Assembly (NCBI RefSeq): GCF_006345805.1
Contig: NC_043014.1
Coordinates: 39,308,001 to 39,372,000, forward strand
Direction of reading: 5' to 3'
DNA: 64,000 nucleotides
Source: Octopus sinensis
Taxonomy: Eukaryota
Shown here: positions 1 to 12,100 of the stretch, piece by piece
Layout of the letters: every line of letters starts with the position of its first letter
How positions within the stretch are numbered: the first letter of the stretch is position 1
Made by a program: the position numbers and the translations under genes
Notes under the pieces: model-generated
Told to the model about the DNA's origin: nothing
The model's input: the letters and a program-made list of their open reading frames with translations, nothing else
Databases searched by the model: none

Positions 1-169
1 GCCCCTCCACACTTCCTTTCAAGATGGTCTTGGGCAATGGCTCATGGTACACTGCATGTCTAAAACATGACAGCTTCATGGACTGGATTCTTGACAATAG
101 GTTGTCTTAGGTCTTTCAGCATTTCTAGTACTGCACCATTTGTTGCCTTGTCTTTCCAGCTTGTGCAAC

Positions 170-472
170 CTCTTGAAAGAGCTGTCCTTCACTCCTGCTT
201 CACAGCGTCGGCTGCGGGGTCACTCCGAAAAGCTCTATCTGTGACGATTTCATCTCAATCGAAGGAGAGGGGCTTTCTCCATCCGGGTTGCGGATCCGTG
301 GAATAAGCTGCCGGACGAGATAGTGAAGATTCCGACGACCACTCGGTTCAAAGTCTCTCTTGACCAGAAATGGCCTGAACTCTTTGCATGAACACCCTCC
401 CTGTACATAACTCAATGTCCTCCTACATGGCCTTGCTTTTTGCTTTTTGAGCCAAAAAATTAATTTAACTTA
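170..472 (+). mobile_element. CR1/L2-type LINE 3' end (family with TTAAC tail)
   Basis: [10 protein letters not shown]-type ORF2 C-terminus; same family as 8532-9481. Confidence 0.8.
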
Positions 473-533
473 AGAATGAAGATCCACATCCCAAAGGCAT
501 CTAGCCTGTCCATCGGCCAGCACATTGCCCCAG

Positions 534-930
534 TTTTACTCTTTAACTTGTTTCAGTCATTTGACTGTGGCCATGCTGGAGTACCGCCTTTAGTCGAGCA
601 AATCGACCCCAGGACTTATTCTTTGTAAGCCTAGTACTTATTCTATCAGTCTCTTTTGCCGAACCGCTAAGTTACGGGGATGTAAACACACCAGCATCAG
701 TTGTCAAGCGATGTTGGGGGGACAAACACAGACACACAAACATATACACACACACACACATATATATACATATATACGACGGGCTTCTTTCAGTTTCCGT
801 CTACCTAATTCACTCATAAGGCTTTGGTTGGCCTGAGGCTATAGTAGAAGACACTTACCCAAGGTTCCATGCAGTGGGACTGAACCCAGAACCATGTAGT
901 TCGTAAGCAAGCTACTTACCACACAGCCAC
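534..930 (-). mobile_element. tRNA-derived SINE family A
   Basis: Head GGCGCAGGAGTGGCTGTGTGG...GGTTCAGTCCC (A and B boxes), central (CA)(TA) microsatellite, GTAAAAGA tail. Confidence 0.85.
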
Positions 931-1244
931 AACATTAAAATGGTGGTTGTGATGGAAGGTGTGTTGCTAAGTGGTTAGGGTATTCAGCTCATGGTCGTAA
1001 GGTTGTGAGTTCGATTCCCTGCAGAACATTGTGTCCTTGAGCAAGACATTTTATTTCACGCTGCTCCAGTCCACCCAGCAGGCAAAAATGAATTGTAATT
1101 GAAAGGGCTAGCCTTGTCAAATTCTGTATCATGTTGAATCTCCATGAGAACTATATTAAGAGTACATGTATTTGTGGAGGGCTTAGCCACTTGCACATTA
1201 ACTTCATGAGTAGGCTAGTCTATTGATCAAATGAACTGGAACTT

Positions 1245-1701
1245 TGGATCTTTTCCTTTTGAACGGCACATGTCAACACAATTTCGGCAATTTTAACCAA
1301 TCGCTGGAAGTCCATTTAGGTAAACAACATTCCGTGCTGTATGAATATGTCCCTCGTTTAAGAAACAGATGGGTTTATTTACATTTGCAAAGAAAAAAAA
1401 ATACCCTTCCCCCACCCCTAACCCTAACTCTAAAATAGATTGAAATGCAATAGATCGATACTAGGGTAATAATTATGGGTGACAATTTCATACGACACCG
1501 CTACGGAAAATGGGTTTTTTTTGTAGCAGTGTCAAAAATGCTTGAAATTAAAGTGGAAATATGTTACAACATATAGAATTTTCTCAATAAAGCCAAGAAA
1601 AAATGATGCTTTATAAACACATTTTACCAGTATACGAAGTTTAAAAGTGTTTAGTTAACTAGAAATTGTGTTGACATGTGCTGTTCAAAGGGAAAAGATC
1701 C
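1245..1701. mobile_element. Merlin-like MITE
   Basis: TIR GGATCTTTTC...GAAAAGATCC, 8 bp TSD GGAAC(T/C)TT. Confidence 0.7.
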
Positions 1702-2041
1702 GGAACCTTTGTTGGAAATAAGGTTAGCAACAGGAAGGGCATGCGGTTGTAGATCTGATCACTAAGTTCTGTTTGACCCATGCAAGCGTGGGAAAAAAAA
1801 AAATTAAATCAATGGCATCCCCCAGTTCGTATGAATGAGATTTATCTATTTATTTATGTATGGAAAATAAAATTATCAATAGTAACATTTCAATTCAAAA
1901 TCATATCTTTCTAAGGAAGATTCACATCTCAATAAAAGGAAGAAGTGCGACTGGATATACGTCTTGTTCTATTTGCTAGGTTTGTGACTTGATTTGCGAT
2001 GGCTTATTGAAACTGGAAAGTTATATCATGGAAGAGACATG

Positions 2042-2829
2042 CGATCTTTTCGGTTTGAACTGCAGTTTTTAACATAATTTCTAGGCGCAGGAGTGGCTGT
2101 GTGGTAAGTAGCTTGTTTACCAACCACATGGTTCCAGGTTCAGTCCCACTGCGTGGCATCTTGGGCAAGTGTCTTCTGCTATAGCCCCGGGCCGACCAAT
2201 GCCTTGTGAGTGGATTTGGTAGACGGAAACTGAAAGAAGCCTGTCGTATATATGTATATATATGTATATGTGTGTGTGTTTGTGTGTCTGTGTTTGTCCC
2301 CCTAGCATTGCTTGACAACCGATGCTGGTGTGTTTACGTCCCCGTCACTTAGCGGTTCGGCAAAAGAGACCGATAGAATAAGTACTAAAAGGTGGTGCTC
2401 CAGCATGGCCGCAGTCAAATGACTGAAACAAGTAAAAGAGTAAAAGAGAAAGAGTAAAGAGTAACTAAAAAATTTTAAACTTCGTTTACTGGTAGAATGT
2501 GTTTATAAAACATCTTTTTCTCTTTGCTTTATTGAGAAAATTCTATGGTTTGTAAGATATTTGTTGATTTTTTTTCTTCAATTTCTGCAATTTCAACCAA
2601 TCAATGACGTCTATTGAGGTGAAAGCATTCTGTGCCGTATGAGATTGTCCCTCGTTTAAGAAACAGTTTGGGTTTATTTACATTAGTGAAGAAAAAAAGA
2701 TACCCTTCCCCCCACCCCTAACCCTAAAACAGATTGAAATGCAATAGATCGATACTAGGGTCATAATTATGGGTGACAATTTCATATGACACCGCTAGAA
2801 AAAAACTGCCGTTCAAACCGAAAAGATCC
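2042..2829. mobile_element. Merlin-like MITE with nested SINE
   Basis: Same TIRs; SINE inserted at 2084-2460; 46 bp flanking direct repeat. Confidence 0.7.
2084..2460 (+). mobile_element. SINE family A
   Basis: Full-length copy nested in a MITE. Confidence 0.85.
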
Positions 2830-3089
2830 GCGATGGCTTATTGAAACTGAAAAGTTATATCATGGAAGAGACACGACAATCACTAAAATAATATATATAT
2901 GATATATTCTCATGTTTTATTTACAGATAGTACTGAATAGTAAGCATAATGTGGCAGGTAGACTCAGCTAATGTAAAAGCTGCACTAACTCCTGATAAAT
3001 CGTAGACATTGGTTGTCTCCCTTGGAAACCACGTGTGAAGTTCCATTCTTCAAATGAAAATTACATTCTATTAACGTCTGAGAAGAGGA

Positions 3090-3149
3090 CGGAAGTCGCT
3101 CAACGCGTGAATCTGATAGGCTGATTCGAGTCACGTGGGCGTCCTTTCT
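3090..3149 (+). promoter_or_regulatory. RPS19 core promoter: ETS/GABP site, E-box, TCT/5'TOP-type initiator
   Basis: CGGAAGT 3090-3096, CACGTG 3132-3137, TCCTTTCT 3142-3149 just before the ATG; typical ribosomal-protein promoter layout. Confidence 0.65.
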
Positions 3150-3155
3150 GTAATC

Positions 3156-3173
3156 ATGGCTTCCGAGCGAAAG
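3156..3173 (+). CDS. RPS19: RPS19 coding exon 1 (MASERK)
   Basis: ATG just after a pyrimidine TCT-type start site; donor AAG|GTACGT; phase 0 into exon 2. Confidence 0.85.
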
Positions 3174-6100
3174 GTACGTCTTGTTCCACGTCTTTCATCT
3201 TTACTGAAAATATGTATCTAAATCAAATTTTTAAAATAACCTTAACACACCAATTTACTGATTATGTGCCCACCGAAGTTGTTTATAAATTTAGAGACAT
3301 AATATCGTCTTGCTGCTTTATATTTTTGGGTTTATTTTACGTCACGTTGTCCACTTCATCCACATTGACGAAATGGCTTTTCTTAATTGAAGTATAATCT
3401 CTTGTAGTTATTTGCTTAGTCAATCTTGCGTTATGTCTCTGTTTATATAAATCATTTGTGTGTGTAAATGTACATTTTAAACGGGTTTTATATATTATCC
3501 GTTTGAATGATATCAGAAATGTCCCGATCTTTTATCTAAAATAGCGAATCTCGAAATTACTGCAAGCAGTTCAAATATGTCGAACTTGGAAGTCTTCGTA
3601 TTTTATTTAATTAAAGCTTAAAATTTTTCTTTTTACTGATCATCGACTATTTCTAGAGTGAGTGTATTATTGTGTTTAACTATAAAGGCACATGTCTGCA
3701 CAGATTTGAATGTTTTCTAAAGTTCATGTATATTTAATTATTTTACTGATTAAGAATATAATCTTGGCATTTTTTAGTCAATTTTTTTCTTATAAGAAAC
3801 ATCTGAAAACTTCGATTATATTATTTAATCGGCGATCTTTAATCCTTTAAGGAATTTTAATTTTATTTTTACCCAAAAGTAGTTTGAGAAAACGGCCAAG
3901 AAACAAACATGTGACCGGTTTTTAATTTCATAATCCGAAATAATACCCGTTAAAAAGGCATTGCATGCTTTTTAGCGGGAAGGTGTAAATTAAACTTTTC
4001 TAAAATCTAAGTAATTGCTTTCCCACCATTTCTTTTTTGTTTTTAAACTCCCCTAATTTATGTGTCTTCAAAATGAACTATTTCATGGTATAGTTTTTGA
4101 CACAGGAAATTTTTACTCTTACACCGTCTCACTGGACGGGTGTAACCGCTGAAATGCTATCTTACTGACTAGCCTTACCTCATGGAGAAGGTAAATTATA
4201 AGAAATGGATGATTGTTTCCACCTATGGCATTACTCATAATTTTTTTGTCCCCGTAAATTTGATTTTGGTTTTTACGTTTTAAATTCCGTTCCTTTTCCC
4301 AGTAAATTTTTGCTATGACGTCCCTCTCACAAAATGTGTATACACAAGCACCTGTAGGTAATTTAGAAACAAATTTTTCTAAAAAATCCTGTTACGTATT
4401 AACCGACACCGCTACGGAAAATGGGATTTTTTTCTAGCGCTGTCAAATGAAAATGTCACCCATAATTATAACCCTAGTATCAATCTATTGCATTTCAATC
4501 TATTTTAGGGTTAGGGGTGGGGGACGGGTATCTTTTTTTCTTCGCAAATGTAAATAAACCCAATCTGTTTCTTAAACGACTGACATATTCATACAGCACG
4601 AACTGTTTTCACCCCAATAGACGGTCAGCGATTGGTTAAAATTGCCGAAATGTTCGAAATTTTAGACGAAATATCTTACATACTATAGAATTTTCTCAAT
4701 AAAGCCAAGAAAAAATGATGTTTTATAAACACATTCTACCAGTATACGAAGTTTAAAAATGTTTAGTTAACTAGAAATTGTGTTGACATGTGCCGTTCAA
4801 AAGGAAAAGATCCTTTTAGAAATAAGTGTACGATTTATATTTGCTCCTTAACTCCCTAGTTGCCAGGTCTCAAAGAGATTGTGTTAGGTCGCAGTTCAGT
4901 CTGAGTACAAAATTAGGAAATAGTTGAAAGCAAGTAAAATGTTAAAGACTAGTAACTAATATTGAGAATTTTATTTTATAGACTGGCGTTAGTGTCAAAG
5001 ATGTTGACCAACATGAATTCACAAAAGCATTGGGTGCTTTTCTTAAAAGGTTTGTATACTTTTTCTATTTTGCCAGGATAACTTGCTATATTTATATTTG
5101 TGAATACAAAGTTGAATTTAAAACTTTTCATATTATGGGTCATATAACAAGAAAAGAATTGCCTGATTGTTCTTATTTGACGCAGCTAGGCAGCTTAACG
5201 AATCAATTCTAATGCGAACTTGGAATGAAAGGGACTGCAATTCCCACTTGGGCGATCTTGGAGTTTCACTTCCTCTTCTGTCAATCTGTGGCCAGTGAAG
5301 GAATTTTATGTTCCAGTTCTGTGATTTGGGTTTGTTGTAAGACTGTTGAATATTAGGCAAAAACGTCCATCATTTATTTAAAGTTATTATCCTAATAATA
5401 TGCATTGTTACAGAAATAATTTTAATCAGATGGAAACATTTTAAGCCATTGCCTGATCTACAGAAATATCCAAGTTGTTACATTATGAAACATGGATTAC
5501 TTCTTACTCGTCCCAAAGCCCAATGTTGAAATGTGCAATGGTCAAATGTTTCTGCATCCCATTCTACTTGTATATGAGTAAATTTTTTCGGAGTTTCTTA
5601 GTAACCCAACCTGTCAAATAGAGGCTATGCCTTTTCATCATTTGGCCAGTTTAAGTACAGTATTTTTTTTTTTTTTTTTTTTTTTTTTTGCAATTGGAAT
5701 ACATTAAAAATTGGTTTCTGTATAGTCAGTATTGAGTGATTTGTATTTTTGTTTCCCTTTTCTCCAATGACTTGTAGATTGTGAATTTAAAAGTTAGAAT
5801 TTTCATGACAGATTGATGTAAAGATGACTTTTAATAACTGGTTAGTGCCTGTTAATTTGGTTTGCAGTTCTTGCAATGTAGAAGAGACTTTAAAATTAAG
5901 ACTTGTAGCTGTAAATGATCTACATTACGGGGTTTACAAAATGAAAATACTTTATAAATTTAATATCTGGAGAACTATTTACAAAAATCTTTTCATAATT
6001 TTGCTTGATTAACAAGTTATTAAATTTTGTCTGATATTGTTTATCTTTATTCTTTTATAATTCATCTTATTTTGTTTATTTATTATTCACCTTATTTTGT

Positions 6101-9100
6101 TTATTTAAACAGTAAGGAATGTGAGTTCTATGATGATCTTTTGTTATCCCTGTCTGACATTGTTGAGGACATGTCTGTCTGAGATCTCACTTTGTATTTA
6201 TGCAAAACTGGGAAATGTATTTGATTGTGATGCATCATTTTTCTTTACAGGTCTGGTAAAATGAAAATTCCAGAATGGGTTGATATTGTAAAATTAGGAA
6301 GATTCAATGAATTAGCTCCTTACAGTCAAGACTGGTTTTATACACGGGCTGGTAAATATATGTGTATATATAGTATTTTAGATATTTTGGATAACCTTTA
6401 GTATTCAAACAAGCCATATCAGGCCTAAATATTCTTTCTGATGTTCAAACTGGCCATATCTGGCCTCTCACACCTACCCTACATTATACATTCACATCAT
6501 CAAAATCTCAAAGGCATGCTTAAATGGAAAACTGAATAAATAAGCATTACATTTGACAGAATAATTTGAATACTAAAGGGTTAAATATGATATTTAATCT
6601 TTTCTCTGTTAATGATGAATTATTGGTCATGCTAATACTGAAGGATATTGGAACTAGATGTGCTAGTTTTGATGCCTTATGAGTTCAAATGACTTCTGAA
6701 ACATGGATTTCACGATTAAATTCTGCATTTTATTTTAATACAATTATAACATTATTTTGAGGTTTCTTTTTTCTTTCTCTTCCAGCTTCGGTTTGCAGGC
6801 ATTTATATATTAAATCTCCTGTTGGTGTTGGGGCATTCACAAAAATATATGGAGGTGAGTAAATACATATACATAGGCTTTGATATTGGCTCCACTGGTG
6901 AATGTTATTTTGAGTTACTCATGTACTGAGTGTATTTAGTTTTGGTTTCTTTTTAATATAAAAAATATAATTTTCTATACATAATAAATGACAGTTTTTC
7001 TATTTCCTGAAATTTGGGTTAATTGGTTAAAAGCAAGTTATGTAAATGCCAGACAACTGGTTGCTTAAAGTGAAATAAACATCGGAGATGCTTGGCTCCA
7101 TGCAGAAACTGCAGCAGCTACTTAAGGCTTTCCTCTTGGTGGTGATTGAAGCCATTGCAACATTGGAAACTCTTCTGTATCATCATCAGGTATCTTGGTT
7201 ACAACCATTTCACTCTTTAGCCTATACAGTTTGAGTGAAGTGGTGGAAACTGAATTAACCTTCACCTGCTGAAGGATCTCATCTGCAGTCTAACACAACC
7301 TTCTTGAATTGGTTCCAGTTGTTGTGAGTACCTCCTTGATGGCTTTAGTTGTTTGAATTCCAAACCAATCTTCTGCAGGAAATGGGGATCTTTTCGGTTT
7401 GACCGGCAGTTTTTAACATAATTTGTAGGTAACTAAAAAATTTTAAACTTCTCATACTGGTAGAATGTGTTTATAAAACATCTTTTTCTCTTGGCTTTGA
7501 GAAAATTCTATAGTTTGTGAGATATTTGTTGTTTTTCTTCAATGTCGTCTATTGAGGTAAAAAACATTCTGTGCCGTATGAATATGTCCCTCGTTTAAGA
7601 AACAGATTAGGTTTGTTTACATATGAGAAGAAAAAAAAGATACCCTTCACCCCACCCCTAACCCTAATCCTAAAACAGATTGAAATGCAATAGATCGATA
7701 CTAGGGTCATAACTATGGGTGACAATTTCATATGACATCGCAAAGATCTGGAAATGGTGCACTGGTTTTGCTGAAAGATAACAGGGTGACTTCAGTAGTG
7801 AATAAGGTTGCTAGTATCCTTTGACAGGGCTCATGAACCAAGTCATGATTTGTGGCTTTCTTCAGCTGGTGGGAAATGTCAAGCTTGTCTTTCTAACTCA
7901 ATAGTAGAATGTAGTTTCAGGAAGATTTTGGATGCTGTAGTGTAAGAGAAGTTGACAGTTCTTATTTGAAAAGTGGGTTTCTGTGATGATTTTTTGTTAT
8001 CCCTGTCTGAAAAAGAAATTGAGGAAGTATATATCTGAGATCTCACTTAGGAACTGTGTTAGTTTTAGATGAAGTTATGGATGGTGTTCACCTCACATGG
8101 GGGAAAATTTAAACTCATGAACTGATTACAGATGTAAGATGCTAACAGATCTTGAAAATAACAAGATATGGTCAGTTTGAATAAGATATAATTTAACTGA
8201 TATGTAACTGGAAATCACAGGTGTTCCATTTCTAGTGAGATATCCTCATTGTTTAACATTACCTTCCATGCTGGCACAGGTTGGACGGTTGGACAGGAGT
8301 TGACCAGGCTACTGTGTCTGTTTTAGCATGGTTTTTATGATTGGATGCCTTTCATAACACCAGCCACCCTGCATAGTGAACTGAAATGCATATAAGAAGT
8401 GCAGTGCCTTCTCTATTTTGCAGACTTACTCTACAAGATAGAGTTGGTTATAAACTTGATGAAAATGTGATGGGGTGCCAGGGAAGAATGATGAGTGCAC
8501 AAAATATGCAGTTAACTAGTCATTAGTAGTTAGTTAATTTTTGGCTCAAAAGCAAATAGCAAGGCCATGTAGGGGGACATGGAGTTAAGTACAGGGTGGT
8601 GTTCATGTAAAGAGTTCAGGCCACTTGAGGTCAAGGGAGACTTTGAACAAAGCGGTCGTTGGCATCTTCACCATCTCGTCTGGCAGCTTGTTCCACGGAT
8701 CCGCAACCCGGACGGAGAAAGCTCCTCTCCTTCGATTGAGATGAAATCGTCGCAGGTAGAACTTTTTGGAATGACCCCGTAGCCGACGCTCTGGAGCAGG
8801 AGTGAAGAACAGCTCTTTCGAGAGATTACACTTTCCGCTTATGATGTTGTGAGCGAGAATGAGATCACCACGGCGGCGGCGTTTTTCTAGAGAATAAAGG
8901 TCGAGCGTCCTCAGCCTTTCTTCATAAGACAAATTTTTGAGACCAAGAACCATGTGGGTAGCCAGCTTCTGGACTCTTTCGAGATGCTGTATGTCTTTGA
9001 GGAGATAAGGAGAAGAGGCTTGAATCCCGTACTCCAATATGGGTCTCACCAGTGTGACATAGAGTGGTAGGAATATGGCTGCTGTGAGCATTCCGAATGA

Positions 9101-12100
9101 CCGTCGAATCAAGAACAGAATTCCGCGTGCTTTGTTGGCAGCATGGATGCACTGGGCCGAAGGCAAAAAGGAGGAATCCACCAAGATACCCAGGTCTTTT
9201 ACCTGATCAGTCCTCTCCAGCAGCAGACGACCCGGCTCGAAATCAAGTTGGGTTGCAGGAGGAGAGCCAACAGGCAGATGACAGCACTTTGACACATTCA
9301 GACACAGGTCCCATTCGTTAGACCACCTCCAAATTTGGTGGAGGCATCGACGAAGATCCTCTATATCACCGCGAGGAGCGACCAGTTTGACATTGTCGGC
9401 AAATAGAAGGGTGTGTTGTGTGAGGTCGTCGGGTAAGTCATTTATGAAGACCTAGAACAATAAGGGCCCAAGCACTGAACCTTAGTAGTTGATGCCTTTC
9501 TAATAGTGGGTTTCTGTGATGATTTTTTGTTATCCCTGTCTGAAAAAGAAATTGAGGAAGTATATATCTGAGATCTCACTTTGGAACTGTTTTAGTCTTA
9601 GATGAAGTTATGGCTGGTGTTCACATCACATGGGGGAAAATTTTAACTCATGAAGTGATTACAGATCTTGAAAATAACAAGATATGGTCAGTTTGAATAA
9701 GATATAATTTAACTGATATTAGTAGTTGATGCCTTTCTGGTAAAAGGAAACCTTTTCAGGAAACTGGTTTCTTTCTCAGTTGGTTGAATAGTTTTTTTTT
9801 GGATTTGATCTATTGTAATAGTGTGACTAACAATAGTACTATGCTATAGATGTGAAGTATTTCAGTATTAATCTATAGTGGTTTACAACAGCAAACATCC
9901 TTATAGCAAATCAATCTAAAAGCATAGATTATTTTTGTTTTGTAAAAGTATCAAATTTCTGTGCATGTTTAATTTTTAATGACAACATTAAGAAGCTTCT
10001 GTAGTATAGGAGTGACTTTGTAAGGTTAACTACAAAACATCATGATTTGCTTTCCCTTGCAATACTGAGTGAGAGAATAAGCTATCACTTTGCACCTTAA
10101 GATTTTGTTAAGACATTACCTCTTGTGGATAATTTCCTATGCTTAGATTGTATCAATTTTTACACAATTCCCATATGGAATGAATGCTGCAGAAAATAAT
10201 TCTGCTTGCTCCAGAATAATATAGACTGAAAATTATAGTAAATAATTCAAAATTGTAAAATTTACTTGCTATATAATAAATTGTACTTAGGTTAAAAGCA
10301 ATCTATGCACAAGTTTATCTGGCAAGTACTACTACCTTAATGCCTTATGTTACTTGGTCTTGTGACCAATCTTTATGGGGGCTTTCTCCATACTACTGGT
10401 TTTTACTACTGGGAATGCTAATTTCAGTAGGTTCTGAAAATTTATCAAATTTCTTCTAGCAACAACTGAAATTTGTGTGTTTCTGAGAACTTTTGATCTG
10501 TTTTCATTGTAGAATCTCAGTAAGTAGGAATATACTCCAAGCCTTGAATGGTTCATAGGCTTTAAGAATCAAGTCATCATTGCCCTTGTATAATTTGATA
10601 AACAATGCTATTACTCAGAATAGCTACATCTACAAGTTATTTCTGTTTCCATCATTGCTTACCTGCTAAACTGCTGAAGATAATATAAAGTCTGGATTTA
10701 GTTCAAGAGGATGAGCTCTAAATGTAATTTATAGTAGGCACTTAGTGAATTCATAGAGTAAAGAATATTCACAAAATTGTAACAGAACAAGATACAAATC
10801 CCATTTGCTGATAGTCTGCCAAAAAAAAAAAAACATACACGGGAAAGGAAAAAGTCTGTATGAATATTTTAATCCAGTGTTATTGCAATTTACTCAGTAT
10901 TACTACAGTCTGATAAAACATCAAGAGAGGTGTCTATATTTTTAGAGGTACTTATACAAGTTAAATATTTATATTGATCTTTCCTTTCCCGAAGTGTGTA
11001 CACTTTTTTTTTTGGCAGACACTATTTTGTTTATTTAAATAGTAAGGAATGTGAGTTCTATGATGATCTTTTGTTATCCCTGTCTGACATTGTTGAGGAC
11101 ATGCCTGTCTGAGATCTCACTGTGTATTTATGCAAAACTGGGAAATTTGGGTGTTTGTAAATTTTCCCTTTAAATTCTCTGAAAAATATTTACAATATAT
11201 CTTCTAAAGTTTGCTCTGGATTTGTATTTAAAATGTCAATGGCAAGAAGGTTACCTACTTATAAAATTTACGTTTCCTTTTTGTAGGACGCAAACGAAAT
11301 GGTACTGTTCCCAGTCATTTTTGCCCTGCCTCAGCTTCCATTGCCCGACGTGTTTTACAGGCTCTGGAAAACCTCAAACTTGTTGAGAAAGACCCCAATG
11401 GGTATGTATTAAAAATCTTTGGAATTTTTTCTTTTTTTTCTCTGTAAAGTAGTTCATTTGCTATTTGCTTAGTCTTTTTATTTTTACTTTTAAAAATGTT
11501 TTTCAGTTAAATTGGAAAAAAATAAGTCCAGGGTCTTTGCCAGCTTTATACTTACATGAACTCTAACTTGGTATTAACTTCAGTGTTGGTGATTAAATCT
11601 GTGTCTGTGTGTATATTTATATTATATTGATGACATTCAAACACGAAAAATGTTAGTCCCTGTTGTATTGCATCATTAGAGGGGCAATTTCTTTCATAAT
11701 ACTCAATTCATGAGTGAAAGGATTTCGGGACACCTCAACCAAAAGCTACCTTGGGATAATGAGTCTAACAAGAGTTTGTGGCTCTTATTTATAAATTCAG
11801 CAAACAATCTGCTGTTGCATGCTGATATCTGCTAACCCAGCAAGAATCAGAACAATGACAAACATTCTTATCCCTTTAGCATTAAATGTAATGCTTATTT
11901 ATTCACATTGTTTTGAATTATGCATTGTCCTGTAGCTTTGAGATTTCAATGTTTTTTTTTGTTGGTTATTTTTTTTTACAATTCATGGGAGGTGAGGGAG
12001 ATCAGGTGCTTCACTTGAAGGAATTTCCCTTGGTATTTGAAAAAGATATTTTTCCAGTTTGTTTTTTGCATTCTCCCATAATTTGCATTTAAAAAAAATT

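Noticed and set aside
7040-7960. GC-balanced, coding-looking stretch in RPS19 intron 4
   Set aside because: Multiple stops in all frames and no recognisable protein motif; probably old TE debris.
8134-8150. GTAAG...CTAAC.AG mini-intron apparently missing from the duplicated snoRNA segment
   Set aside because: The deletion is 17 nt between ACAGAT microhomologies, not a precise GT-AG excision, and is too short for splicing.
8488-8520. Isolated box C motif ATGATGA before the LINE
   Set aside because: No box D or terminal stem at a suitable distance.
9800-9890. Two hairpins plus ACA in intron 4 (and a hairpin-ACA near 11820-11856 in intron 5) as H/ACA snoRNAs
   Set aside because: Hairpins too small, H box overlapping a stem or absent, no pseudouridylation pocket identified.
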